DNA of 64,000 nucleotides from Nanobdellota archaeon (GTDB lineage Archaea; Nanobdellota; Nanobdellia; Woesearchaeales; GW2011-AR4): positions 129,009 to 193,008 of the forward strand of contig JBBSWH010000006.1 in assembly GCA_038046385.1 (NCBI GenBank), given 5' to 3'. The notes under the pieces were generated by a model. It ran no database searches and was not told the origin of the DNA. It saw only the letters and a program-made list of their open reading frames with translations. The translations under genes were made by a program, and so were the position numbers. Positions 9,548 through 19,524 of the stretch are shown one piece after another. How positions within the stretch are numbered: the stretch's first letter is position 1; every line of letters starts with the position of its first letter.

Positions 9548-12500
9548 AATATATTTTAAGGAATTAACTGTAAAAATAAACAAGGCTTACGAAATTGCAG
9601 CAACAGCGAGAGCCAAAGGTTATGATCCTGAAGATACTGTAAACATTCCTTTAGCGAAAAACATGGCCGAAAGGGTAGAGGGGCTTGTTAGCGTTGCAGT
9701 TCCGCAAATAATGAACAAAGGGATTCCTGCAAGGCTAAAGGAACTAGAAGCAAAGTATGGAAAATTAGATTGGAGGGTTGCTTTTACAATATCGCTTGAG
9801 ATTGCAAAAAACAAATTTGTTGAATTCAAGACGCAGAATGAGGCGATGGAAGCAGGGATAAGGATAGGATTAGCATATTTAACTTTAGGTGTTGTTGCTT
9901 CTCCGTTAGAAGGTTTTGTTGGATTAAAAATCAGAAAAACAAAAGACGGAAAAGATTACATTGCATTGATGTACTCCGGCCCGATAAGAAGCGCAGGGGG
10001 AACAGCTGGAGCTGTAAGCGTGATTCTTGCAGACTATATAAGGAAAGAGATGGGTTTTGCAAAGTACGATGCAAACGAAAAAGAAATAAGAAGAACAGTA
10101 ACAGAAATGTATGATTACCATGAGCGTGTCACAAATTTACAATACCTGCCAAGTGAAAAGGAAATAAGATTTTTAGTAAGCAACCTGCCGATTCAGATTG
10201 ATGGGGATGCGTCTGAAGATATTGAAGTTTCAAATTATAAGGATGTTGAAAGAATTGAAACAAACAAGATACGAAGCGGGCCGTGCCTTGTTTTAGGAGA
10301 ATGTGTTGCGCAAAAAGCTCCAAAAGTTGCAGCTCAATTAAAAAGATGGGGTGCTGATTTTGGATTAGAAGATTGGAATTTCTTACAAGAATTTGTAATC
10401 CTCCAAAAAGAAATCAAAGCAAAGCAGCAGCAGACAAAAAAAGGGATTTCTCCGATATTTACATTCATACAGGATTTAGTTGCCGGAAGGCCGGTTCTAA
10501 CACACCCATCTGCTTTTGGAGGATTTAGATTGAGATACGGAAGATGCAGAACATCTGGGTATTCTTCATGCTCTATCCATCCTGCAACAATGTGGATTCT
10601 TAACAAATATATTGCAATCGGCACGCAGTTAAAGATGGAACGTCCGGGAAAAGCAACAGCTTTGACAGCATGTGATACAATTGAAGGGCCTATCGTAAAG
10701 CTAAAAAATGGAAACGTTGTATTGATAGACACAGAAGCAAAGGCAAAGATGCATGCTGACTCTGTAAAGGAAATTTTGTTTGTAGGCGACCTTTTAATCA
10801 GCTACGGAGATTTTTTCAACAGGGCGCACCCGCTTGTTCCGTCGGGATACTGTGAGGAATGGTGGGTGCAGGAAGCAGAAAAAGCAATGATAGATACTTT
10901 CGGCAGCGGTGATTTTACACAACTTTCTAAATTGACAGGAGCAGATGAAACAACACTTCATAATATAATAAGAAATTACACAAAAGAAATACCAGATGCA
11001 GGTGTTGCGATTGCAATAAGCAACGCATTGAAAGTTCCGCTTCATCCAAGATACACATATCATTGGAAAGGAATACAAAAAGAAGATTTCAGCGAATTCT
11101 TGAAGTGGATGGAAACAGGAAGGGTAGAAAAAGATGAAAACAAGATAACAAAAATAGTCCTCAATAAGAATGATTTTGGAAAAAGAATGCTGGAATTGGC
11201 AGGAATCCCCCATCTTTTTATCAACAATGAATTCACAGTCATAGAAAGCAACGATGCAGAAATATTATACACGATGCTGAAGCTTGGAACTGCAAAAGAA
11301 ATCATAGAAGCAGATGATGTTCTCGGATTAATCAACAATTTCTCTGAAATAAAAATGAAGGATAAATCAGGGACTTTCATAGGCGCAAGAATGGGGCGCC
11401 CAGAGAAAGCAAAAGTCAGAAAACTGGACGGAGACCCTCATACTTTGTTCCCAGTCGGAAAAGAAGGCGGAAAGATGAGATCATTCCAGACTGCAATGGA
11501 AAAAGGGTTTGTTGAAGCAGAATTTCCGACATTCTTTTGCAAGGCGTGCAACAAAGATACTATTTTCAGCGTATGCGACATCTGCAGCGCAAAAACCACA
11601 AAGATGAGCCACTGCAAGATATGCGGGACAACAGAGAAAGAATGCCCGCACGGAGGAAATATACACTACAAAGTCCAGAAACTAAACCTTAACGAGCATT
11701 TCAAAAATACTCTGAAGAGGCTTGGGATGTCTCAGTACCCTGATTTAATCAAAGGTGTTCGCGGAACTTCAAATAAAGATCACGTGCCGGAGCATTTTGC
11801 AAAAGGAATACTAAGGGCAAAGCACGATGTTTCTGTAAATAAGGACGGAACAACAAGGTATGATATGACGCAGCTTCCTATAACCCATTTCAAGCCAAAC
11901 GAGATAGGAACATCATTTGAACAATTAAGAAAGATGGGATACAGCAAGGACATAAACGGAAACGAGCTTGAGAATGATAATCAGGTGATAGAGTTAAGGG
12001 CACAGGATATTATACTTCCAAAGTGTGTTGACGCGCCTGAAGCTGGGGCAGATGAAGTGCTGTTCAATGTTGGAAATTTCATGGATGAGATGCTGGTTTC
12101 ATTGTACGGAGTTGGAAAATTTTACAATTTTAAATCAAGAGAAGATCTTGTTGGAGAGCTAGTTGTTGCTTTAGCTCCGCATACTTCAGCCGGAATTGTG
12201 GGAAGAATAATCGGATTCTCGCAGACACAGGGATTCTATGCGCATCCTTTGTTTCATGCAGCAACAAGAAGAGACTGTGACGGGGATGAAGCATCTGTAA
12301 CATTATTGATGGACGCTCTTGTTAACTTTTCAAGGCACTTTTTGCCGAATTCAAGAGGAGCAACACAGGATGCTCCACTGGTTTTGACATCTATATTGAT
12401 TCCGTCGGAAGTTGATGATATGATATTTGACCTGGATGTTGCGAACAAATACTCGCTTGACTTTTACGATGCTGCGCAAAGATTTGAAATGCCCGGCAAT

Positions 12501-13025
12501 GTAAAAGTTGCAAAGTTTGCGCACATACTTGACAGCAACAATGTTTATTCGAGCATTTACTACACACACGAAGTTGACTGCATAAACAACGGGATAAAAT
12601 GCTCATCATACAAGACAATCCCTTCAATGGAAGACAAGCTGAAGGGACAGATGGATCTTGCTGACAAGATAAGAGCTGTTGATGCAACTGATGTTGCAAG
12701 GCTCGTCATAGAAAAACATCTGTTAAGGGACATAAAAGGAAACTTAAGGAAGTTTTCGACGCAGCAGTTCAGGTGCAGCAAATGCACAGAAAAATACAGA
12801 AGGCCGCCGTTAGTCGGAAAATGTTTGGCATGCGGAAGCAGGCTGCTGTTTACGGTAACAGAAGGGTCAATTGTAAAATATCTAGAGCCTGCAATTTCAT
12901 TGTCTGACAAATATAATTTGCCTCCTTATCTGAAGCAGGTTCTTGTTTTAACAAAACACAGAGTTGAAGGAGTGTTCGGAAGAGAGAAAGACAAACAGGA
13001 AGGGCTTAATAGGTGGTTTGGGTAG
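9537..13025 (+). CDS. polC: DNA polymerase D large subunit DP2
   Basis: GPIRSAGGT, GGFRLRYGR, RMGRPEKA, catalytic RRDCDGDE; Zn fingers; TTG start overlapping DP1. Confidence 0.97.
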   Translation: MDNEIYFKELTVKINKAYEIAATARAKGYDPEDTVNIPLAKNMAERVEGLVSVAVPQIMNKGIPARLKELEAKYGKLDWRVAFTISLEIAKNKFVEFKTQNEAMEAGIRIGLAYLTLGVVASPLEGFVGLKIRKTKDGKDYIALMYSGPIRSAGGTAGAVSVILADYIRKEMGFAKYDANEKEIRRTVTEMYDYHERVTNLQYLPSEKEIRFLVSNLPIQIDGDASEDIEVSNYKDVERIETNKIRSGPCLVLGECVAQKAPKVAAQLKRWGADFGLEDWNFLQEFVILQKEIKAKQQQTKKGISPIFTFIQDLVAGRPVLTHPSAFGGFRLRYGRCRTSGYSSCSIHPATMWILNKYIAIGTQLKMERPGKATALTACDTIEGPIVKLKNGNVVLIDTEAKAKMHADSVKEILFVGDLLISYGDFFNRAHPLVPSGYCEEWWVQEAEKAMIDTFGSGDFTQLSKLTGADETTLHNIIRNYTKEIPDAGVAIAISNALKVPLHPRYTYHWKGIQKEDFSEFLKWMETGRVEKDENKITKIVLNKNDFGKRMLELAGIPHLFINNEFTVIESNDAEILYTMLKLGTAKEIIEADDVLGLINNFSEIKMKDKSGTFIGARMGRPEKAKVRKLDGDPHTLFPVGKEGGKMRSFQTAMEKGFVEAEFPTFFCKACNKDTIFSVCDICSAKTTKMSHCKICGTTEKECPHGGNIHYKVQKLNLNEHFKNTLKRLGMSQYPDLIKGVRGTSNKDHVPEHFAKGILRAKHDVSVNKDGTTRYDMTQLPITHFKPNEIGTSFEQLRKMGYSKDINGNELENDNQVIELRAQDIILPKCVDAPEAGADEVLFNVGNFMDEMLVSLYGVGKFYNFKSREDLVGELVVALAPHTSAGIVGRIIGFSQTQGFYAHPLFHAATRRDCDGDEASVTLLMDALVNFSRHFLPNSRGATQDAPLVLTSILIPSEVDDMIFDLDVANKYSLDFYDAAQRFEMPGNVKVAKFAHILDSNNVYSSIYYTHEVDCINNGIKCSSYKTIPSMEDKLKGQMDLADKIRAVDATDVARLVIEKHLLRDIKGNLRKFSTQQFRCSKCTEKYRRPPLVGKCLACGSRLLFTVTEGSIVKYLEPAISLSDKYNLPPYLKQVLVLTKHRVEGVFGREKDKQEGLNRWFG

Positions 13026-13028
13026 ATT

Positions 13029-13640
13029 ATGAAACAAAAAACCAAAGATATACTACTTAAGTTTGGGTTAATTCCACATTACGAAGAAGATACTTTATTT
13101 TTGATGAGTATTGCAGCAATCATATTATTTTTAATTTCTTTTGATTTAAGATCCGACTTCTTTTATTTTTTTACTGGAAGCGCCGCAATAACAATAATTT
13201 CGATACTAATTGGAATCTATGTTTCAATTTATAATGCGTTTTCAAACAAGAAGAAACCCACCGGTCACAAATTTTTCATGTTATTTTTTGCTGTAATAAT
13301 AAATTCCTATATTGGTTTTAAATCAGGAACTTATATTTTATCTAAATCCTCAGACCTATGGATTATATTCCCAATTTTAAATATTTTAAACTCAGTATCA
13401 CTTATCCTTCTCTTTAAAATGGGGGTAATAAATGAAAATTCTATTTCAGATGAAAATACAAATTATTGGGAACTTGTTATTGGGTCATTTGTACTAATAA
13501 CAATAATTTTCATAAGTAATTTTATCTACAAAAACTATTGGGCAATCACCTTTTCCATGTCTGTTGCATATGCAACAAATTTCAACAACATAATTATTAA
13601 TAGTGTTAATGCATTTAGAAAACTTAGATTTTCGCCTTGA
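13029..13640 (+). CDS. Hypothetical multi-pass membrane protein
   Basis: About 6 hydrophobic segments; visibly more AT-rich than its neighbours. Confidence 0.6.
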   Translation: MKQKTKDILLKFGLIPHYEEDTLFLMSIAAIILFLISFDLRSDFFYFFTGSAAITIISILIGIYVSIYNAFSNKKKPTGHKFFMLFFAVIINSYIGFKSGTYILSKSSDLWIIFPILNILNSVSLILLFKMGVINENSISDENTNYWELVIGSFVLITIIFISNFIYKNYWAITFSMSVAYATNFNNIIINSVNAFRKLRFSP

Positions 13641-14034
13641 CAATATTCTTTACACCGCAGGCTGTGCATTTCATGTAAAGAAGCTCGCCTTCTTTTTCCA
13701 GTTTTGTGTCCGGCTTGCCGCATTCTGCGCAAAGCACGAATTCATTGGCATACTGCCTTATCTTCTCGTTTATTCTTGAAGCGGAAATTTTGGTGCCCAT
13801 TATCAATGAGCCTGATTTTTTGATTTCTCCCGGCGTTGCAAGCTCTTTCAGGACATACTTCAGCAAATGCTCAACTTCCCTTCTCAAGTCGGTTGCAATC
13901 TGCAGGAAATTGGAGATAATGGTTCTGTTACCCTGTATGTGGCCGATTACTTTCGGTATCACAAACCTTTCCTTGATGAATACGACTTCAGGCAGTGATT
14001 TTCGCGCGTCTTCTAGCATTTCCTTGTAATCCAT
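13624..14034 (-). CDS. eif2b: Translation initiation factor 2 subunit beta (start moved to MDYKEML)
   Basis: ERFVIP...TIISNF...ELATPG and C-terminal CAECGKPDT...CTACG zinc ribbon. Confidence 0.95.
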   Translation of the reverse strand: MDYKEMLEDARKSLPEVVFIKERFVIPKVIGHIQGNRTIISNFLQIATDLRREVEHLLKYVLKELATPGEIKKSGSLIMGTKISASRINEKIRQYANEFVLCAECGKPDTKLEKEGELLYMKCTACGVKNIVKAKI

Positions 14035-14082
14035 GCAAGAGAGTAAAGAAGGGTTGTTTATAAAGCTAATCAATAAATCACT

Positions 14083-14172
14083 AGACAACAATATGGCTGG
14101 TCGGACGGGGGTTGTCCCTTACGGGGTGTCCGACGAGGAGCGTAGCGACGACAGCCTATATTATTGTTGTCT
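14083..14172. repeat. GC-rich multi-stem inverted-repeat element (ncRNA or MITE/REP-like)
   Basis: agacaacaat/attgttgtct, ggctg/cagcc and gtcggac/gtccgac stems plus a GCGTAGC mini-hairpin, in an otherwise AT-rich divergent intergenic region. Confidence 0.55.
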
Positions 14173-14255
14173 CTAATACCTCCAGATAAAAGATACTCAA
14201 CAACTTACCTAAGTTATTCACAAAATATATAAATAAAACAACAAAGAAAACAACC

Positions 14256-15107
14256 ATGGTGCTTGAATCAATACTTTTTCCAGTTAATGCCGAAAAAAAA
14301 CCCTGGCAGATGTTTATTCTAGGTTTGGTTTACACTACTATAGGCATATTTATCTCAATGTGGATTTTCGCAGACCAAGCGAGTTTAGTGATGGTTTTCA
14401 TGATAACAATGGCAGCTCTGCCAATTTTCTTCAACACAATGAAACTTGAGGAAAGCAAAGATATGCTGATGGACAATGAAACCGCAATACTCAAAGAGCA
14501 CAACAAAGCCATCACGTTTTTCATGTATCTTTTTGTCGGCATCACAGTTGCATGCGCATTCTGGTATGCTGTTCTTCCGACATCCACAATAAACAGCGTT
14601 TTTGACAAGCAAATCGGAACAATACAGTCAATCAACAACCAGGTTTCAGGAAATGTAGTCACAAACCTTGGAGTATTTTTTGCAATATTCTTTAATAATT
14701 TCAAAGTGCTTGCATTTTCAATTTTGTTTGCGTTCATCTACGGAGCAGGCGCAATATTCATACTGGCGTGGAATGCAACAGTCATCGGAGCGGCAATAGG
14801 CAATTTCATAAGATCAAACATAAGCACATACTCAAGCACTTTTGGATTGACACAATCCGGAAATTATTTTCATGTTGTATCGGTCGGATTGCTGAAATAC
14901 TCAATACACGGATTGCCGGAAATTGCAGCATATTTTTACGGCGCGCTTGCAGGCGGGATACTGTCAGTGGCTTTGATAAGGAAGCATTTCATGACAGATA
15001 AATTCTCAAAAGTAATAATAGATTTTTCAGAACTAATACTGATTGCAATCGGGTTTTTGATAGCAGCTGCATTCCTTGAAGTTTACATAACGCCGATTTT
15101 ATTCTGA
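14256..15107 (+). CDS. Stage II sporulation protein M (DUF95) family membrane protein
   Basis: IFFNN, WNA..IG, HGLPEIAAY, AAFLEVYITP motifs. Confidence 0.85.
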   Translation: MVLESILFPVNAEKKPWQMFILGLVYTTIGIFISMWIFADQASLVMVFMITMAALPIFFNTMKLEESKDMLMDNETAILKEHNKAITFFMYLFVGITVACAFWYAVLPTSTINSVFDKQIGTIQSINNQVSGNVVTNLGVFFAIFFNNFKVLAFSILFAFIYGAGAIFILAWNATVIGAAIGNFIRSNISTYSSTFGLTQSGNYFHVVSVGLLKYSIHGLPEIAAYFYGALAGGILSVALIRKHFMTDKFSKVIIDFSELILIAIGFLIAAAFLEVYITPILF

Positions 15108-15132
15108 ATTATAGACAGAATAATCTATAGTT

Positions 15133-15738
15133 TTACTCCAGAACTTTTAATCTTCCCGGGCGTATTTCAAACACATCTCCGTTCTGCAGAAGGGAGTTTA
15201 TCATCTTTTCAGCATCCGGATTCTTTGATTTTGAAATAACATCCTCAAAAGAAACTCCGTCTCCAGTGTCAAGGTTCCTTATGATTGTGTAAACATCTTC
15301 TTTCGGATTTAATTCGGCTTTAACTTCAGCTTCCGGAACATCTTCAACAGAAATAATTTTATTTTTTCCCAACTCAATTTTTCTTAAGTTAATCCATTCG
15401 GGATTGCTGATTTTTTTAACTATTTCAGGCATGATATATCTTTCATTGTTAAATTCACGGATTCTGCCGACAACAAGAACAATATCCCCGATGTCTATGG
15501 AAGAAAACATAACAGTGCTTTCAAAAGCACGAAGGTTTATTTTTCCAGTGCCATCATCTATCACCATTGACATGCTGTCCCCTTCCGGCTTGTAGACTGA
15601 ATAAGCTATCACATTGACTCTGGCAACATTATTTCCATTCAGAGAAATCTGGCCGTCTGAAATGGAAGAGTTAACAATATCAGAAATAAGAACCTTGTAA
15701 GCCACTTGCCTTTGGAATTTGTTATCTGAATCGGCCAT
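15133..15738 (-). CDS. RPA32-like OB-fold/winged-helix ssDNA-binding subunit
   Basis: RVNVIA...IDDGTGKI...VVGRIREF OB fold; C-terminal GDVFEIRPG winged helix; directly downstream of mcm. Confidence 0.8.
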   Translation of the reverse strand: MADSDNKFQRQVAYKVLISDIVNSSISDGQISLNGNNVARVNVIAYSVYKPEGDSMSMVIDDGTGKINLRAFESTVMFSSIDIGDIVLVVGRIREFNNERYIMPEIVKKISNPEWINLRKIELGKNKIISVEDVPEAEVKAELNPKEDVYTIIRNLDTGDGVSFEDVISKSKNPDAEKMINSLLQNGDVFEIRPGRLKVLE

Positions 15739-15748
15739 TTTGCTAAAA

Positions 15749-17767
15749 TCATATTCTGCTTATTGAGCCGCGTTTAGGTTCAAATATGTCACCAGAACGC
15801 TTTAGCCTTTCAAGAGCTTCTTCTATTTTATCTTCATCCAATCCCTTGTTTCTTGCTTCCTGCACCACTTCTTCTATCGGAATTGATTTTCCGTGCTTGA
15901 CTTCAAGCTCTGCAACAACTTCCTTGACAATCATGATATGGCTTCTTTGGGATGCGCCGACTCCGGTTGCAATACGGTCGATATCAATCTTGCCGGTTTC
16001 CTTGTCGAATCCAACTTGCATCAGGCAATAGTCAAGCATCTCGATTGCTTTCTTGGCATCTTTTCTTGTAACTCTTGGATCTAACCTTGATCTTGCAGAA
16101 GCTTCGCTTAACCTTACAAGCGCTTCTAACTGTCTTGGTGATATTGGGACTGTCTTTACGCTGCCTTCCCCGCCGCCTCTTCTCATCTTCAAATAAAATT
16201 CTTTTATTTCTTCAAGAGCACCATCAGTTAACTGAGGATGGCAATGCTGCCTTGCATAGCCTACAAATTTCTTCAGCATGTTTGTGTCTATTTCCGGCTC
16301 AATCAAATCCGGCTTCTGGTGCAAACTCAGAATATGCTTTGCCAATTTCTCGTCTCTGACTTCTTCCGGCAGGTCTTTTATCGGGAATATCAAATCGAAC
16401 CTGTTGATTAATGTCGGCGGCAAATCTATTTGTTCTGATATCAGCCCATATGGGTCAAATCTTCCAAATTTTGGATTTGCTGCTGCAAGAACTGTTGTAC
16501 GCGCAATTAAAGTTGCCTGGATGTTTGCTTTTGAAATGCTGACTGTTTGATTTTCAAGAGCTTCGTGCATTGCAGCTCTATCTTCATTGCTCATTTTGTC
16601 CATCTCGTCTATGCAGATTAAACCGTCGCTGGAAAGAACCATCGCTCCTGCTTCAAGCGCCCATCCGTTAAGAAATTCATCTTTAACTACAGCTGCAGTC
16701 AAACCTGCGCCGCTAACTCCCTTACCGGAAACATAACGTCCTTTTGGCGCAAACTGGACTATTCTTTTCAGAAGCGCTGACTTTCCACTTCCAGGATCAC
16801 CAATCAAAAGAATGTGCATGTCACCTCTGCTGACAACCTTGTCGTTTCTTGTTTTTCTTACTCCACCCATCAGCTGAAGCAAAAGGCCTTCTTTTATTTT
16901 TTCATATCCAAAAATAGAAGGGGCGATTGAATTTATTAGCTTCTCATATCCTCTTGGATCGTTTGCTATTGCAAGAATTTCTTTTTCCTCTTCCGGAGAT
17001 ATGTTGATTTCATAGAATGTATCCTGGGTAGGCTTTACGTAGTTTGCCTCAATCATCAAATCAGACCTTGTCGAGCGGCTTCCGCTTTTTGAGATTATCG
17101 GGACTTCTTTTATCACTCCAATTGCTTCAACCCTGCTTCCAGGCGCTGTTCTTTTTTCGCTTAACGGAGAAACAAGGTCATTTGTCAAAAGCACGTTCAT
17201 TCTTTTTGGCTGCTCGCCGCCTTCAAGATTTTCAGATGCCTCTTCCAAGACAATTCCCTGTGCGTCAACCATCTCCTTATCAAGCATTACGAATTTTCCT
17301 TTACGGCCGCAGCCGCATCTTGACGGCTCTTTGAAGGTTCCTTCTAATTGCAAAACATTCATTATGTTGCCGCACATCGGGCATTCAAATCTTGCAGAAG
17401 TTGTCTGCGGGCGTACATCGGATTTTTGCCTTACCAATCCCTGAACAAAAATAAGCCTTCCAATGTGATGGCTTCTGATATCTCTGATTTTTACTTCCTG
17501 GCTTAACGGAATGTTTTCAAATCTTACCTTGAAATTTCCAAGATTTTCAATATCAAACTGGCCTATGGATTTTTCAATTGCCTTTATTGTTTCTTCAGGC
17601 TTATCCAGCAATTCTACAGCTAGGTCAGGATCAAACTTTGACAGTTCAGCAAAATCAACAAGGAGAAACTGGTGACCTTTTCTTACATTTTCAAGAAGCG
17701 TGCTATAGTAATTTGCGTCAATAAACTCCTGAAACCTTTTGATTTGGTCGACAACATTGATTTCCAT
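15749..17767 (-). CDS. mcm: MCM replicative helicase
   Basis: GDPGSGKS, IDEMDKM, AAANPKFGRFD, NRFD, PRQLEALVRLSEA; no intein. Confidence 0.98.
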   Translation of the reverse strand: MEINVVDQIKRFQEFIDANYYSTLLENVRKGHQFLLVDFAELSKFDPDLAVELLDKPEETIKAIEKSIGQFDIENLGNFKVRFENIPLSQEVKIRDIRSHHIGRLIFVQGLVRQKSDVRPQTTSARFECPMCGNIMNVLQLEGTFKEPSRCGCGRKGKFVMLDKEMVDAQGIVLEEASENLEGGEQPKRMNVLLTNDLVSPLSEKRTAPGSRVEAIGVIKEVPIISKSGSRSTRSDLMIEANYVKPTQDTFYEINISPEEEKEILAIANDPRGYEKLINSIAPSIFGYEKIKEGLLLQLMGGVRKTRNDKVVSRGDMHILLIGDPGSGKSALLKRIVQFAPKGRYVSGKGVSGAGLTAAVVKDEFLNGWALEAGAMVLSSDGLICIDEMDKMSNEDRAAMHEALENQTVSISKANIQATLIARTTVLAAANPKFGRFDPYGLISEQIDLPPTLINRFDLIFPIKDLPEEVRDEKLAKHILSLHQKPDLIEPEIDTNMLKKFVGYARQHCHPQLTDGALEEIKEFYLKMRRGGGEGSVKTVPISPRQLEALVRLSEASARSRLDPRVTRKDAKKAIEMLDYCLMQVGFDKETGKIDIDRIATGVGASQRSHIMIVKEVVAELEVKHGKSIPIEEVVQEARNKGLDEDKIEEALERLKRSGDIFEPKRGSISRI

Positions 17768-17789
17768 AGTGATACCATGCGCTTTTTAG

Positions 17790-17827
17790 CTTTATATATT
17801 TCATGTGAGCATGTCCAGTGGTGGACA
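17790..17827 (-). promoter_or_regulatory. Conserved promoter box (copy 2, mcm promoter) including the palindrome TGTCCA-N4-TGGACA
   Basis: Minus strand cactggacatgctcacatgaaatatataaag; TATA about 25 nt upstream of the mcm ATG; perfect 6-bp arms at 17812-17827. Confidence 0.7.
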
Positions 17828-17856
17828 AGATAAAAAATAATAAAAAAACAAGCCAG

Positions 17857-18417
17857 TTAGGCCTTTACCTTTTTTAGGTTCTCAATCAGCTTGTCAAGAG
17901 CTGCGTGAACTTCTGTTTCAGACTTGGTTCCTGTGCAGACTATTTTGCCGTTGCTGAACAAAAGGAACGTGGCTTTCACAGTGCCTGCAGTCAGCTTGTA
18001 AACAAGCCCTGGGAACTGCTCTGGCTCATATTCTGTGTTCTCAAGCTTCATCGCAAGAGTGTTCAGATTCAAGTCCATCCAGACAGAACCGGAAGCAACT
18101 ATGTTCTGTATTTTGATTTCCGGCTTAATTGTAATCTTGATGTTTATCTTTTCAAGACTCTTTATGATTTTGTTGATAGACAATCTTACATTTTCCATTG
18201 TCCTTGCGCCGGTGCAGACTACTTTTCCAGAACTGAATATCAATGCAGAAGTCTTCGGCTCCTTTATCCTTATAACAAGCCCCGGAAACTGCTCTGGGTT
18301 GTATTCTGTGTTGCTCAATGTAGCAGCCATCTTCTCCAACGGTATAGCATGCATCAAAGACGTCGAAACGACTATATTAACAACTTTTATGTCTCTTTTA
18401 GTTTCTTTCTTGGCCAT
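17857..18417 (-). CDS. tbp: TATA-box binding protein
   Basis: Two repeats: NIV.S...EYNPEQFPGL...LIFSSGKVVCTG and EYEPEQFPGL...LLFSNGKIVCTG. Confidence 0.98.
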   Translation of the reverse strand: MAKKETKRDIKVVNIVVSTSLMHAIPLEKMAATLSNTEYNPEQFPGLVIRIKEPKTSALIFSSGKVVCTGARTMENVRLSINKIIKSLEKINIKITIKPEIKIQNIVASGSVWMDLNLNTLAMKLENTEYEPEQFPGLVYKLTAGTVKATFLLFSNGKIVCTGTKSETEVHAALDKLIENLKKVKA

Positions 18418-18753
18418 GTTGGCTCCACCCCCGATTAAAATGACTTATTTGTGCTGAAAAAACCTTATTTTGCCTTATCTTTGTGGACAAGGTGTTTATT
18501 GAGCTTATTCAGGCACTTTCTTTATAAATATTTATAAATGGGGTTTCCTTTATAAATACTTTTATTTTTAAATAGGGTTTTCACGTCATATATTTTAGAA
18601 AATGCATGCCCCCACGAGTTCCGATGGAGAATAGGGATTATGGTGATTTTGATTATTTTTAATATTTTAATTTTAAATTTATTTTATTGTTTAATATTAT
18701 TCGTTAATGAGTTTCGTTATTGTTTTTGTTATTTTGTTTTATTGAAATTTTCT

Positions 18754-18813
18754 TTCCGTCCTTCGGACAAAAGTTACAGCTCGCTGGCACCATAACCAGC
18801 TCGCCATACATTG
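18754..18813. repeat. 60-bp dispersed hairpin repeat, copy 1
   Basis: 58/60 identical to 32743-32802. Confidence 0.9.
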
Positions 18814-18877
18814 CAATCGCAACGCTTCGTCTATTTTTACCAATAACTTTAAATAAAATCCGACTAGATGATGATTC

Positions 18878-19432
18878 ATGTTTGAAGAAATAGTTTTCCC
18901 TAAAAATAACGAAAAGGAATTCATAGAGATAGCTGAAAAGCTCGGAACGAAAAAAATAACTTTTTTGTATAATCTTGAAGACTATAAGCCGAAGCATAAT
19001 TTTGATACAGACATTGAAATCAAAACAGGGATAATCTCAAAGACATCAAATACAAGCCATGCTTTTAAAATGTCAAAGTTCGTTGCAGCAAAAAGCTCGC
19101 AATATGACAGGGAACTGATTGAAGGAAAAAAAATATCAATGATTTACGGCTTTGAAGAAAGCCCAAGAAGAGACAGCATGCACCAACAAGCGTCTGGATT
19201 AAACCATATAATGTGCACCCTTGCAAAAAGCAGCAATGTTGCAATAGGATTTTCTTATAGTTCTCTTCTTCAAAATAATCCAATGATAACCGGGAGGATG
19301 ATGCAGAACCTGAAGCTGTGCAAGAAATACAAGAACAATGTTTTGGTAGGGTCTTTTGCAACAAATCCCCTGCAGTTAAGGTCAAGATACGATGTTGCTT
19401 CTTTGTTTAGATTGATTGGGGCAAATGTATAA
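18878..19432 (+). CDS. rnp3: RNase P subunit Rpp30 (Rnp3)-like protein
   Basis: SGLNHIMCTLAK...VAIGF...QNLKLCKKY...LRS..D pattern of the RNase_P_p30 family. Confidence 0.75.
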   Translation: MFEEIVFPKNNEKEFIEIAEKLGTKKITFLYNLEDYKPKHNFDTDIEIKTGIISKTSNTSHAFKMSKFVAAKSSQYDRELIEGKKISMIYGFEESPRRDSMHQQASGLNHIMCTLAKSSNVAIGFSYSSLLQNNPMITGRMMQNLKLCKKYKNNVLVGSFATNPLQLRSRYDVASLFRLIGANV

Positions 19433-19524
19433 CTCCTATATAGGAAAACAAAAGCTTTTAATACAAGATATTGAAGAATACCCTATAATATTATATTAGT
19501 AATGTTATTCATTGAAGTATACTG

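Noticed and set aside
14035-14091. N-terminal extension of aIF2-beta in the ORF track
   Set aside because: Runs through the TATA region; the family-like sequence starts at MDYKEML (14034).
6874-17767. Inteins in Cdc6, DP2 or MCM
   Set aside because: Lengths are normal and conserved motifs are contiguous.
17812-17827. Promoter box as a second ORB/origin
   Set aside because: Shares TCCAGTGG with the ORB consensus but lacks GAAA and the G-string, and sits at fixed distance from TATA boxes.
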